63,136 nucleotides of DNA from Kiloniellales bacterium. GTDB taxonomy: Bacteria > Pseudomonadota > Alphaproteobacteria > Kiloniellales > J153. The position numbers and the translations under genes are program-made. The DNA lies in the NCBI GenBank assembly GCA_036397065.1, contig DASWJP010000023.1, forward strand, positions 1 through 63,136, written 5' to 3'. Below, in pieces: positions 12,049 through 22,436 of the stretch. The notes beneath the pieces were generated by a model, which did no database searches, had not been told where the DNA came from, and worked only from the letters and a program-made list of their open reading frames with translations. Numbering within the stretch: the stretch's first letter is position 1; every line of letters begins with the position of its first letter.

Positions 12049-13659
12049 GTGACGACTGCCGCACCCCTGCCGATTCGCCGCGCCTTGCTGTCCGTTTCCG
12101 ACAAGACCGGCCTGGTCGATTTCGCCCGCACCTTGGCCACGCACGGCGTGGAACTCCTTTCCACCGGCGGCTCGGCAAAAACCTTGCGCGATGCTGGGCT
12201 GGCCGTGACCGAGGTTTCGGCGCACACCGGCTTTCCCGAGATCATGGACGGCCGGGTGAAGACCCTGCATCCGAAAATCCACGGCGGCCTTCTGGCCCGC
12301 CGCGACAACGAGGCGCACCGCGCCGCCATGACCGCGCACGGCATCGTTCCCATCGATTTGCTGGTCAGCAACCTCTATCCCTTCGCGGCGACGCTGGCCT
12401 CCGGCGCCGATTTCGCCACGTGTATCGAGAACATCGATATCGGCGGGCCGGCCATGGTCCGCTCGGCGGCCAAGAATCATGACTTCGTCGCGGTGGTCAC
12501 CGACCCGGCGGACTACGGCGCCGTGGCGGCCGAGATGGCCGCCCATGACGGTGCCACCACCCTGGCGCTGCGCCGCCGCTTGGCCGCCACGGCCTTTGCC
12601 CACACCGCCGCCTACGATGCGGCCATTGCCGGCTGGATGGCGCGCGAGCAAGGTGAACCCTTTCCCGCCCATCTGGTTCTGGCCGGGCGCTGCCAGCAGG
12701 TTCTTCGCTATGGCGAAAATCCGCATCAGGCTGCCGCCCTTTACACCGATGGCTCGGCGCGGCCCGGTGTCGCCACCGCCCGGCAGCTTCAGGGCAAGGA
12801 GCTGAGCTACAACAACCTGAACGACACCGATGCGGCCTTCGAGCTGGTGGCCGAGTTCGCGCCGCCCGGTTTCGATCGGCCGACGGTGGCCATCGTCAAG
12901 CACGCCAACCCCTGCGGCGTGGCCATGGCCGATACCCTGATCGAGGCGTACCGGCGGGCGTTGGCCTGCGATCCGGTCAGCGCCTTCGGCGGCATCATCG
13001 CCGTCAATCGCCCCCTCGATGCGGCGACCGCCGGCGAGATCGGCAAGCTGTTCGCCGAAGTGGTGATCGCACCGGATATCGATCCGGCGGCCCAGGCAAT
13101 CCTGGCGGATAAAAAGAATCTGCGCCTGCTGGTCACCGGCGCCCTGCCGCAAGCCGCGGCGGCGGGCATGACCATGAAATCGCTCTCCGGCGGCTTCCTG
13201 CTACAGACCCGGGATGCTGGCTGCATCGACGCGGCGGCGCTCAAGGTGGTGACCAAGCGCACGCCGACCGCCGCCGAGATCGCCGATATGGTGTTCGCCT
13301 TCCGGGTAGCCAAGCATGTGAAGTCGAATGCCATCGTCTACGCCCGCGACGGCGCCACCGTGGGCATCGGCGCCGGGCAAATGAGCCGTGTCGATTCGGC
13401 GCGCATCGCCGCCTGGAAGGCACGCGAGGCCGCCGGGGCTGCCGGGGCCGAGGACGCCGACCGCCGCGGCACGGCGGGCTCGGTGGTCGCGTCCGATGCC
13501 TTCTTCCCCTTTGCCGACGGCCTGATGGCGACGGTGGAGGCGGGGGCCACGGCGGTGATTCAACCCGGCGGTTCGATGCGCGACAACGAGGTGATCGCCG
13601 CCGCCGATGCCGCCGGCATCGCCATGGTGTTCACCGGTCTGCGCCACTTCCGCCACTAG
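12049..13659 (+). CDS. purH: bifunctional AICAR transformylase / IMP cyclohydrolase
   Basis: [29 protein letters not shown] and the C-terminal QPGGSMRD...[11 protein letters not shown] are all hallmark PurH segments. The start is GTG. Confidence 0.95.
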   Translation: MTTAAPLPIRRALLSVSDKTGLVDFARTLATHGVELLSTGGSAKTLRDAGLAVTEVSAHTGFPEIMDGRVKTLHPKIHGGLLARRDNEAHRAAMTAHGIVPIDLLVSNLYPFAATLASGADFATCIENIDIGGPAMVRSAAKNHDFVAVVTDPADYGAVAAEMAAHDGATTLALRRRLAATAFAHTAAYDAAIAGWMAREQGEPFPAHLVLAGRCQQVLRYGENPHQAAALYTDGSARPGVATARQLQGKELSYNNLNDTDAAFELVAEFAPPGFDRPTVAIVKHANPCGVAMADTLIEAYRRALACDPVSAFGGIIAVNRPLDAATAGEIGKLFAEVVIAPDIDPAAQAILADKKNLRLLVTGALPQAAAAGMTMKSLSGGFLLQTRDAGCIDAAALKVVTKRTPTAAEIADMVFAFRVAKHVKSNAIVYARDGATVGIGAGQMSRVDSARIAAWKAREAAGAAGAEDADRRGTAGSVVASDAFFPFADGLMATVEAGATAVIQPGGSMRDNEVIAAADAAGIAMVFTGLRHFRH

Positions 13660-13687
13660 CTCGCCCTAACGCTGGCGCCCGGGAATT

Positions 13688-15007
13688 TCACCGGGGATCG
13701 CGCAGCGGCAGCAGCAAGAGCAACCCGACCAGGAAGAAGAGCACGATCGTCGCCATGCCGGCGCGCTGGCTGTCGGCCCACAAGGTGACTGTGCCCACCA
13801 GGGCCGGCCCGACGAAGGCGGTCGCCTTACCGGACAGGGCATAGAGGCCGAACAGTTGCGTGCGCTGGTCCGCCGGGGCCAGATGCGCCATCAGCGAGCG
13901 GCTGGCCGATTGCGCCGGGCCAATGAAGACGCCGATAACGCAGCCGAGCGCCGTGAAGGCCAATCGGGAGTCGACCACCAGGATGGCGGTACTGGCGGCA
14001 CACAGGCCGGCGAGGGCGATGACGATGGTGCGCTTCGGGCCGATCCAATCGTCCACCCAGGCAAAGCCCGCCGCGCCCAGCCCGGCGGCGATGTTCAAGA
14101 CGATGCCGAAGATCAGAATCTCCTGGAACGTCATGCCGAAGGTGCCCGCCGCATAGATGCCGCCAAAGGCAAACAGCGTATTCAGACCGTCGGTGTAGAT
14201 CATGTGGGCGAGCAGAAAGAGCCCGGTCTGTCCGTGCCGCGGCAGGTCCTTGAGGGTGCGTCCGAGGCTGTGCAAGCCCCGGCGCAAACTCTCGGCCAGG
14301 GGCTGCCGGTGCGGCGGCGCATCGGGCACGAAGAGGAACAGCGGCAAGGCGAAGACGGCAAACCATCCGGCGACAAACGGACCGATGATGCGCACGTGCT
14401 CGGCGGCGTCCGCATCCAAACCGAACAAGGGCGGGCTCGGTTGCACGAACAGCACCAGGCTCAACGCCAGGCATGCGAGCCCGCCGGCGTAGCCGGCGCT
14501 CCACGCCCAGCCGGAGATCCGGCCCAGGCGCTCCGGCGCCGCCACATCCGGCAGCATGGCGTTGTAAAACACCTGGCCGAACTCGAAGGCCGCATTGCCG
14601 ATGGCCACCAGCACCAGGGCGAGCACGATGAACGCCGGGCCGGCTTCGACCCACCACAGGCCGGCGCCGCAGGCGATGGCCAGGATCGTGAAGGCGCCGA
14701 TCCACGGCTTGCGCCGCCCGCCCTGGTCGGCGATGGCCCCGAGAATGGGCGCCAGAATGGCCACGGCCAGCCCCGAGAGGGCAAGCGCATGGCCCCATTG
14801 CGCCGTACCGATTTCCGGCGTCTCGGCCACCGTGGAGGTGAAATAGGCGGCAAAGACGAAGGTGATGACCACCGTCGGATAGGACGAGTTGGCCCAATCG
14901 AAACTGCACCAGGCCAGCAGCCGGCCGAGCGGGCCAAAGCCCCGCCGGGTCCCGGAGCCGTTCCCGGCGGCGGGGCTGCTCTGTTGGCCCGGTTGGCCAG
15001 TGCCCAT
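13688..15007 (-). CDS. MFS transporter (UMF1/Atg22-like)
   Basis: The 439-aa protein has about 12 hydrophobic segments. Its N-terminal WCSFDWANSSY motif is typical of the UMF1 subfamily. Confidence 0.8.
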   Translation of the reverse strand: MGTGQPGQQSSPAAGNGSGTRRGFGPLGRLLAWCSFDWANSSYPTVVITFVFAAYFTSTVAETPEIGTAQWGHALALSGLAVAILAPILGAIADQGGRRKPWIGAFTILAIACGAGLWWVEAGPAFIVLALVLVAIGNAAFEFGQVFYNAMLPDVAAPERLGRISGWAWSAGYAGGLACLALSLVLFVQPSPPLFGLDADAAEHVRIIGPFVAGWFAVFALPLFLFVPDAPPHRQPLAESLRRGLHSLGRTLKDLPRHGQTGLFLLAHMIYTDGLNTLFAFGGIYAAGTFGMTFQEILIFGIVLNIAAGLGAAGFAWVDDWIGPKRTIVIALAGLCAASTAILVVDSRLAFTALGCVIGVFIGPAQSASRSLMAHLAPADQRTQLFGLYALSGKATAFVGPALVGTVTLWADSQRAGMATIVLFFLVGLLLLLPLRDPR

Positions 15008-15218
15008 GACGCGTATCCCCCCAAAACGACCCTAGTCCGGCGGCCTTGGGCCGCGGCGGCGGGGAGTATATCGCGGCCATCCGCAATCGCCGGACGGAAT
15101 CTGCCGTTCGTGTCGGGATTTAGGGATTGGGGGCCCCGGAGGCTCTACCTGAGCCCCCGGAGCAAGATCGGTGCGGTGATGGGTGGGCGGACGGGAAAAA
15201 GGGCGGGCGGCGCTGGCC

Positions 15219-15470
15219 TTAGAAAAGGCCCAGGGCGGCAAGCCCGAGGCCGGTCAGGCCGACCAGCACGGCGGTCTCATTCCGGTGCCGCACGCCGAGG
15301 GCGAAGCCGACGCCGCTCATGGGCACGCTGGCCGCCAGGAAGAACAAGGGCAGGCTTTGCAGGCTGACCGCGGCGCCGAGCAGCCCGATCAGGGCGGCCA
15401 CCGTGGCCGCCCGGGGCATATCCAGGGCCTCGGCCATTGTCGCATCGGGTAAGGTTGCTATGTCGCTCAT
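15219..15470 (-). CDS. hypothetical small two-TM membrane protein
   Basis: The ATG at 15470 is preceded by GGAGAG with 5-nt spacing. Two hydrophobic helices are present (AATVAALIGLLGAAV..., TAVLVGLTGLGLAALGLF). I do not recognise a family. Confidence 0.5.
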   Translation of the reverse strand: MSDIATLPDATMAEALDMPRAATVAALIGLLGAAVSLQSLPLFFLAASVPMSGVGFALGVRHRNETAVLVGLTGLGLAALGLF

Positions 15471-15540
15471 GCCGTCTCTCCGGTTCATGTCTCAAGTCCA
15501 TGTTATGTTCGAGCAGACTACAGCAAACACAGAAAGAACA

Positions 15541-15610
15541 CAACAATAATCACTCCTAATTCAATGTAGTACGTGATTTATATTATAATGTATTTGATAC
15601 TATCATGATT
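15541..15610. promoter_or_regulatory. AT-rich island upstream of the small membrane-protein gene
   Basis: My hand count is 17 G+C in 70 nt (about 24 percent). It contains TATATTATAATGTATTTGATACTATCATGATTAATTA and sits inside an unusually long (355 nt) intergenic region. Confidence 0.3.
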
Positions 15611-15843
15611 AATTAGGGCGAATAGCCCGAGTTACACACTAATGATCGGCGATTTTTCGCTATTTAGGGTTTCATGCCCTATATCTCTATCGGCCAAAAT
15701 GCCCTATCCAGTGCGCCGCGAATGATCCCCCATGGGGCCGGGAAGCCGTTAGACTGCCGCCCAGCAGCGGGCCGCTGGGACCTGGGCCACCGGAATCAGG
15801 GCCGCCGGAACCTGACCATGCCAAGATTAGGGGAGATCGACCG

Positions 15844-16158
15844 ATGCAGATTGTGACCACCGATACCATCGAGGGCCGGCGGATTACCGCCTATTTCGGC
15901 TTGGTGAGCGGCGATGCCATTGTCGGCGCCAACCTGTTTCGCGACCTGTTTGCCCGGGTCCGCGATGTGGTCGGGGGCCGCGCCGGCGGTTATGAGAAAG
16001 CCCTGCGCGGCGCCAAGGACGCGGCGGTGGCGGATATGGTCGAGGCGGCGGAGGCCTTGGGCGCCAATGCCATCGTCGGCGTCGACCTGGACTACGAGAC
16101 GGTCGGCGATTCCATGCTGATGGTCAGCGCCAACGGCACCGCCGTGCGCATTGAATAG
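15844..16158 (+). CDS. YbjQ/UPF0145 family protein
   Basis: [14 protein letters not shown]...[14 protein letters not shown]...GGRAGGYE...A....M...[15 protein letters not shown] is the typical YbjQ sequence. GGGGAG lies upstream of the ATG. Confidence 0.85.
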   Translation: MQIVTTDTIEGRRITAYFGLVSGDAIVGANLFRDLFARVRDVVGGRAGGYEKALRGAKDAAVADMVEAAEALGANAIVGVDLDYETVGDSMLMVSANGTAVRIE

Positions 16159-16161
16159 GCG

Positions 16162-19100
16162 CTAGCCGGACACCATGGAGCGCAACTGGCGGTTGGCCAC
16201 CGCCAGCATGGCCAGATCGGGGGTGCCCAGGGTTTGCAGCTCGGTCAGCAACAGCTCGGTGCGGGCGACCAGCGGCCGCCGCGCCTCGGCCCACCGCTCG
16301 ATCATGCCGTTGGACGCACCGGCCTTGTCCATGCCCGTGACCACGCGCGCCGTCAGCTCGCTCTGATGCCCGTAGAGATCGTCGACGATGGCGGTCACCG
16401 CCAGCTTGTCCCAGGCGCTGTCGCTGGGCAAATGGCCGGCGGCCCGGCGCAGCCAGTCGAAGCCGAACCGTGCGCCGATGGTGAAATAGGCGCGGCCCAC
16501 ATCGAGCACCGGCAGGCCGGCGGCACCGGCGATGCGCACGATATCGCACGCCGGCACGAGCAGAGCCAAACCGGCGACCCGGTCGGCCAAGGCAGGCGGC
16601 GCCCCCTGCCGGGCAAACTCGGCAACCCGGTCTTCCAGGTATTGGCGGTCGGCATCGGCCAGCAACGCCGGCAACTTCGCCGCCAGCTGTCCGACCCCAT
16701 CCGCATAGGCGCCGATGGTCGTTTCGATGTTCAACGGATGCGGGCCATGGCGCAGGAACCATACGGCGGTACGCTCGATCAGGCGGCCGCATTCGGTGAG
16801 CAGAAGCGTTTGCAACGTCGCCGGCACCTTGGTGTCCAGGGCCTCGACGGCGACGAATAGATCGCGCATCGCCAGGACCTCGCGGCTGATGGTATAGGCG
16901 CGCGCCACATCGGCCGCGGCCATGCCGGTTTTCTCGCGGCACTCATGCACGAAAGTGATGCCGACCCGATTGACCATGCCGTTGGTGACCATCGTCGCGA
17001 TGATCTCGCGGCGCAGGCGGTGACGGTGAATCTGCCGGCCGTGGTGCTCGCGCAGCGGCGTGGGGAAATAGCGCAGCAGCTCCCCCGCCATGTAGGGATC
17101 GTCCGGCAGGTCGGAGGACAGCAACTCCTCATACAGCGTGATCTTGGCATAGGAGAGCAGCACCGCGACTTCGGGCCGGGTGAGGCCGATCTTCTTGCCC
17201 ATGCGTTCGACGATGGTTTCCTCGTCGGGCAGGTACTCGATGGCGCGGTCGAGCCGCCCGGCCTTTTCAAGGGTGCGCATGAAGCGCGCCATGCGATCGA
17301 GCAGATGCGCGCCCAGCGTCACCGTCACGGTGATCGCCTGGGTCTGCAGGTAATTGTCGCGCAAGACCAGATCGGCCACCTCGTCGGTCATGCGCACCAG
17401 CAGCTTGTCGCGCTGCTTGCGGGTCATGTCGCCTGCGGCCTCCACCTCGCCCAGCAGGATCTTGATGTTGACCTCGTGATCCGAGCAATCGACGCCGGCC
17501 GAATTGTCGATCGAATCCGTGTTCAGGCGGCCGCCGTACAATCCGAACTCGATCCGGCCGCGCTGGCTGACCGCCAGGTTGGCGCCCTCGCCGATCACCT
17601 TGCAGCGCAGATCCGGGGCATCCACCCGCAAGGCCTCATTGGCCCTGTCGCCCACGTCCGCGTGCGATTCGTCGCTGGCCTTGACATAGGTGCCGATGCC
17701 GCCGAACCACAGCAACTCGATCTCCGCCGACAGCATGGCCTTGATCAGATCGCTCGGCGGCACCTGGTCCTTGTCCAGGCCGAAGATGGTTTTCATCTCC
17801 GGCGTCAGCTTGATCGACTTGGCCTTGCGCTCGAAAACGCCGCCGCCCTTGGAGATCAGAGTGGCGTCATAGTCGCTCCAGGCCGAGCGCGGCAGGTCGA
17901 ACAGGTGCTGGCGTTCGGCCCAGCTATTTGCCGGATCCGGATCGGGATCGACAAAGATGTGCATGTGGTTGAAGGCGCCGATCAGCTTGATGTGCTTGGA
18001 CAGCAGCATGCCGTTGCCGAACACATCGCCGGCCATATCGCCGCAGCCGACGACCGTGAAGTCCTCGTTCTGGATATCCTTGCCGATCTCGCGGAAGTGA
18101 CGCTTGACGGATTCCCAGGCTCCCCGCGCGGTAATGCCCATCTTCTTGTGATCGTAGCCGGCCGAGCCGCCGGAGGCGAAGGCATCGTCCAGCCAGAAGC
18201 CATAGCCCTGGGAGATGTCGTTGGCGATGTCCGAGAACGTCGCGGTGCCTTTGTCTGCCGCCACCACGAGATAGGGATCGTCGCCGTCGCGGCGGATCAC
18301 ATCCGCCGGCGGCACCACGGCGCCGCCCTTCAGATTGTCGGTGATATCCAAGAGGCCGGAGACGAACAATTTGTAGCAGGCAATGCCTTCTTCCTGGAAT
18401 GCCTCGCGGCCGGCTTCCGCCGGGGGCGGATTCTTGACCACGAAGCCGCCCTTGGAACCAACCGGGACGATGACCGAGTTCTTCACCTGCTGAGCCTTGA
18501 CCAGGCCCAGGACCTCAGTGCGGAAATCCTCGCGCCGGTCGGACCAGCGCAAGCCGCCGCGCGCCACCATGCCGAAGCGCAGGTGCACCCCCTCGACCCG
18601 CGGGCTGTAGACGAAGATCTCGCGAAACGGACGCGGCCGCGGCAACTCGTCCAGGGCATGCGAGTCGAACTTGATGGACAGATACGGCTTGACCGCGCCT
18701 TCGGCGGTGCGCTGCATGAAGTTGGTACGCAAGGTCGCTTCGATGCAATTGAGGAAGCGGCGGATGATGCGGTCCTCGTCCAGGTTGCTGACCGCTTCCA
18801 AGGCTGCTTCAATGTCGCCGACCAGCGTGCGGGCCAGTGTCTCCCGGTCGCCGGACGCCTTGCCGGCCTTCTTGCCGGCTGTCTTGTTGGCCGGCTTTTC
18901 GTCCGCAAAGCGGGTCAAGAACACATCCACCAGCCGGCGGGTGATCGCCGGGTTGTCCGCCAGTGTCTGCTCCATGTAGTCCTGGCTGAACGGGATGCGC
19001 ACCTGACGCAAATACTTGCTGTAGGCGCGCAGCACCTGCACCTCGCGGGCGCGCAGGCCGGCACGCAAGATCAGCTTGTTGAAGCCGTCGTCGTCCACTT

Positions 19101-21042
19101 CGCGACGCCAGATCTTGGCAAAGGCATCGTGGAACGCATCGCGCACGGCGTCGGTCACGACCGCCGCACCGCCCTGCGTGCGCATGGTGAAATCGTGCAT
19201 CCACACCGTTCCCGCGGCACCGGCCGGGCGGATGTGATAGGGAATTTCGCTGAGCACCTTCAGGCCCATATTTTCGAGCATGGGCAGCACATCGGAAAGC
19301 GGCACCGGTTCGCCGGTGACATAAATCTTGAAATTCATGGCATCGGCGGCAGCCTCGGCGGGCCGGTACAGATTCATCGCCAGCGACCCGCTGCTCAGGG
19401 CGTCCTCTATGCGGGCAATATCGAAGACCGCCGTCGGCGCGTCGAACGCCGCCTGGTAGCTGACGGGGAAGGCCTGGGCATAGCGTTGCAGCAGGCTGAG
19501 GCCCTGCTCCTCGCCGCGCTCGGCAATCAAGGCTTCTTCAAGACGATCGCTCCAGGACCGGCCGGCCTCGATCAGTTTGCGTTCGAGTGCCGCCAGATCC
19601 ACATCCGGTACTTCGCCGCGGGTCGTCTTGACGATGACGTGCAGGCGCGCCAGGGCTTCGTCGCTCAAATGCGTTGTGAAGGCGGCGACGGAGCCGGTGT
19701 AGGCCTCGGCGATCAGATCCTGCAATTTGAGCCGCAAGGCCGTGTCATAGCGGTCGCGCGGAACGAAAACCAAGCATGAAACGAAACGCTCAAACGGATC
19801 GCGGCGCACGAACAGGGCGATGCGCTGACGCTCCTGCAAGTGCAGGATGCCCATGGCGGTTTCGAGCAGCTCGTCCTCGGTGATCTGAAACAGCTCGTCG
19901 CGCGGATAGGTCTCCAGGATGTGCATCAACGCCTTGCCGTCATGGCTCTTGGCGGAGAGCCCGGCGCGCTTGGCGACACGCTCGATCTTTTCCCGCAACA
20001 GCGGGATGCCGTGCGGCGAGCGGGAATAGGCCACGGAGGTGAAGAGACCGAGGAACAAACGCTCGCCGGTCACCCGGCCCTTGTTGTCGAAGCGCTTGAT
20101 CGCCACAGTGTCCATGTGCACGGGCCGGTGCACGGTGGCGCGCCGGTTGGCCTTGGTACAGCGCAACAACTCCGGCTTTTTGACGAAGTCGCGCACATCA
20201 GGCGGCAGGCCGCCCAGGTTGCGCAAGCCGTCGAAGACGGATACCTCGTCATCGCGCAGCACGCCGAGGCCGCTGCCCGCCTGAATCCGCGCGACCGCCT
20301 TGGCGCCTTTTCCTTCGAAGCTGTATTCGCGGTAGCCCAGGTGGGTGAAATGATCGTCATCCACCCATTTGAGAAAGGCGATGCCTTGTTCGATTTCATG
20401 GGCGGGCAGGGCCGGCGGCGCCTTTTCCAGACCATCGATGATCGCGCGCAAGCTGAAGCGCATCGCCTGCCAGTCCTCGACGCTGGCGCGCACATCGGCC
20501 AGCACCTGGGTCAGGTCTGCGGCGATCTGGGCGTGCCGCTCGCTCGGCTGCTCGCTGATCTGCACGTGCATGAAGGATTCGCCGGCCGCGCCACCGGACG
20601 CCCGGCCCGGATCGGCCAGGGCCGTGAGCTTGCGCTTGCCGTTACGCTTGACGTTCAGAATCGGATGGATGATGAGAAAAACCTCGGCCCCCAGCCGATT
20701 GATCTCGGCGGTGACCGAATCGACCAGGAAGGGCATGTCGTCATTGACGATCTCGACGACGCTGTGGGTCGACTTCCAGCCGTGCTCGTCTTGGCGCGGA
20801 TTGTAGACCCGGACCTTGCTCGTGCCGGCCGCACGCACCTGGGCATGAGTCCACAGCGACATGGCCGCGCCAAAGAGATTGTCGGCCCCCTCCTCGATGA
20901 TGTCGTCCGGCGGCACTTGAGCATAGAACTGGCGCACGAAGCGTTCCGCCAAATCGGCGCGATCCGCGGCCACCCGTTCGGGCACGCGCGCAGCCACGCG
21001 GTCGATCAACTTGCGTTTCTGATCTTCGGCTTTCATCACCAT
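16162..21042 (-). CDS. gdhB: NAD-specific glutamate dehydrogenase, large (about 180 kDa) class
   Basis: A single 1626-aa ORF carries the architecture and conserved central catalytic region of the large bacterial NAD-GDH (...GGLRWSDRREDFRTEVLGLVKAQQVKNSVIVPVGSKGGF...). Confidence 0.92.
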   Translation of the reverse strand: MVMKAEDQKRKLIDRVAARVPERVAADRADLAERFVRQFYAQVPPDDIIEEGADNLFGAAMSLWTHAQVRAAGTSKVRVYNPRQDEHGWKSTHSVVEIVNDDMPFLVDSVTAEINRLGAEVFLIIHPILNVKRNGKRKLTALADPGRASGGAAGESFMHVQISEQPSERHAQIAADLTQVLADVRASVEDWQAMRFSLRAIIDGLEKAPPALPAHEIEQGIAFLKWVDDDHFTHLGYREYSFEGKGAKAVARIQAGSGLGVLRDDEVSVFDGLRNLGGLPPDVRDFVKKPELLRCTKANRRATVHRPVHMDTVAIKRFDNKGRVTGERLFLGLFTSVAYSRSPHGIPLLREKIERVAKRAGLSAKSHDGKALMHILETYPRDELFQITEDELLETAMGILHLQERQRIALFVRRDPFERFVSCLVFVPRDRYDTALRLKLQDLIAEAYTGSVAAFTTHLSDEALARLHVIVKTTRGEVPDVDLAALERKLIEAGRSWSDRLEEALIAERGEEQGLSLLQRYAQAFPVSYQAAFDAPTAVFDIARIEDALSSGSLAMNLYRPAEAAADAMNFKIYVTGEPVPLSDVLPMLENMGLKVLSEIPYHIRPAGAAGTVWMHDFTMRTQGGAAVVTDAVRDAFHDAFAKIWRREVDDDGFNKLILRAGLRAREVQVLRAYSKYLRQVRIPFSQDYMEQTLADNPAITRRLVDVFLTRFADEKPANKTAGKKAGKASGDRETLARTLVGDIEAALEAVSNLDEDRIIRRFLNCIEATLRTNFMQRTAEGAVKPYLSIKFDSHALDELPRPRPFREIFVYSPRVEGVHLRFGMVARGGLRWSDRREDFRTEVLGLVKAQQVKNSVIVPVGSKGGFVVKNPPPAEAGREAFQEEGIACYKLFVSGLLDITDNLKGGAVVPPADVIRRDGDDPYLVVAADKGTATFSDIANDISQGYGFWLDDAFASGGSAGYDHKKMGITARGAWESVKRHFREIGKDIQNEDFTVVGCGDMAGDVFGNGMLLSKHIKLIGAFNHMHIFVDPDPDPANSWAERQHLFDLPRSAWSDYDATLISKGGGVFERKAKSIKLTPEMKTIFGLDKDQVPPSDLIKAMLSAEIELLWFGGIGTYVKASDESHADVGDRANEALRVDAPDLRCKVIGEGANLAVSQRGRIEFGLYGGRLNTDSIDNSAGVDCSDHEVNIKILLGEVEAAGDMTRKQRDKLLVRMTDEVADLVLRDNYLQTQAITVTVTLGAHLLDRMARFMRTLEKAGRLDRAIEYLPDEETIVERMGKKIGLTRPEVAVLLSYAKITLYEELLSSDLPDDPYMAGELLRYFPTPLREHHGRQIHRHRLRREIIATMVTNGMVNRVGITFVHECREKTGMAAADVARAYTISREVLAMRDLFVAVEALDTKVPATLQTLLLTECGRLIERTAVWFLRHGPHPLNIETTIGAYADGVGQLAAKLPALLADADRQYLEDRVAEFARQGAPPALADRVAGLALLVPACDIVRIAGAAGLPVLDVGRAYFTIGARFGFDWLRRAAGHLPSDSAWDKLAVTAIVDDLYGHQSELTARVVTGMDKAGASNGMIERWAEARRPLVARTELLLTELQTLGTPDLAMLAVANRQLRSMVSG

Positions 21043-21151
21043 CGCGGCATGTTCCCCATTTCACTTCACACGGCCGATGCGCGGAGTGGTTGTGAAAGCA
21101 AATTAACCGATTCGTCGCGGCAGCGGGAGTGCCGGCAGGCTAGGGCTAAGT

Positions 21152-22390
21152 TTAGGGCTCGTGCCGGTGCGGTGACAGGCGGCTGCGCAACAGGCGCCGC
21201 ATCCGGCCCGCGGCGGCGCGCCGGTCTTCGATCGTCGGGCCCATGGATTCGAGAATGGCGAGCATGGCCATTTCCTCCGTCGGCAGGGCATCGGCGGCGG
21301 CCTGTGTTCCGGCCCGCGGCGCATCGCCGGCGCGCCGGTCGCCGGCCCGCTGTGGCGCTTGATTCGGCTTGATCGGCGGAAAGCGGCGAAAGGCTTCGGA
21401 ATCGCGCAGCGATTGGCCGATATCCTGGAGAATCCCGGCCAACTCGGCCGCTTCTTCCGGAGCAATGCCGCCGTTCTCGACGGACGCCGGCGCCCCGGAT
21501 GCCGGCGCTGCTGTCGGAGACGGCACGGGGTTCGGCGGGGGAATTGGCACGGGGGATGGCACGGGCGCCGCTTTTGGCATCACCGCGTGCGGCTCGCGCC
21601 GCCACTGGCCGTACCGGCCCGTGGCAAGATAAGCGGCGCTGGTCCCGGGCCGTTGACCGGATCCAGATCCGGGTCCGGGGCGGGCCCGGGAGTCACCCGG
21701 CGGCTTCTGGGCGGTCACGGTGCGGGTCAGCACCAATTCCGGCCGCGCATCCCGCCGATTGGCGTGGTCCGGCTTGGCGGCCGTCGCCGGGCGGGGCTTC
21801 AGATGGGGCGCGAGATAGGGCGCCGGACGGGAAGCCGGTTGAGATCTTGGTTGGGGGGCTGCCGCGACGTCGGGCGCCGGATTTGCCGGTGAAATGGGCG
21901 GTGAATTGGGTGGCGGCAGGGCCAGGCGGCCAGCGAGTTGATCGAACGTATCCTGGATCTGCTTGCGCAGGCCCTGTTCCTGCTGGCGCAGCACCTGCTC
22001 CCGCTGCTGCATATCCCGCAGGTGGCGAATCTCGTCCATCAGTTGGTCGAGGCGGGCATTCAACCGCTCGTTGTCGCGCAGCAGGCGGGTCAATTCCATC
22101 TTCTGGAATTCGACAACCACCGGCAGCGTGCCGTCGGCCGGCGGCGCACCGGCTGTGGCCGGGGCCGCATCCGGGGCGCCGCCGCTGCCGCCACCGCTGC
22201 TCCCACCGCCGCCAAATCGGCGTTCGGCGGCCGTTTCGCCCACATAGACGAAGTATTCGCCGTCGCGAATCAGGGCATGCGCCTCTCCGCGCATGACGCG
22301 CTGGCGCAACGCCTCGGCGCTCAGGCCGAGGCGCGCCGCAGCTTCCGCCAAGGGAAGCGCCGAGCGCTCCGTTCGCAGGCCATCAGTCAC
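21152..22390 (-). CDS. hypothetical protein: N-terminal HTH-like segment, Gly-rich linker, coiled coil, long Pro-rich region (start uncertain, GTG)
   Basis: The excisionase/MerR-like segment is LPLAEAAARLGLSAEALRQRVMRGEAHALIRDGEYFVYV. A heptad-like region follows (LTRLLRDNERLNARLDQLMDEIRHLRDMQQREQVLRQQEQGLRKQIQ), and then about 250 aa rich in P/A/S. The gene starts 46 nt downstream of the RTX gene on the same strand. Confidence 0.6.
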   Translation of the reverse strand: MTDGLRTERSALPLAEAAARLGLSAEALRQRVMRGEAHALIRDGEYFVYVGETAAERRFGGGGSSGGGSGGAPDAAPATAGAPPADGTLPVVVEFQKMELTRLLRDNERLNARLDQLMDEIRHLRDMQQREQVLRQQEQGLRKQIQDTFDQLAGRLALPPPNSPPISPANPAPDVAAAPQPRSQPASRPAPYLAPHLKPRPATAAKPDHANRRDARPELVLTRTVTAQKPPGDSRARPGPGSGSGQRPGTSAAYLATGRYGQWRREPHAVMPKAAPVPSPVPIPPPNPVPSPTAAPASGAPASVENGGIAPEEAAELAGILQDIGQSLRDSEAFRRFPPIKPNQAPQRAGDRRAGDAPRAGTQAAADALPTEEMAMLAILESMGPTIEDRRAAAGRMRRLLRSRLSPHRHEP

Positions 22391-22436
22391 CCGGGAACGA
22401 TAACACGAACCGCCCGGTCCGCAAGGCTGTGCAGGC

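Noticed and set aside
21062-21100. The inverted repeat TTCACA-N21-TGTGAA upstream of the NAD-GDH gene, as a regulator site
   Set aside because: The half-sites are short and imperfect on extension, and the spacing does not match any operator class I know. A chance match cannot be excluded without comparative data.
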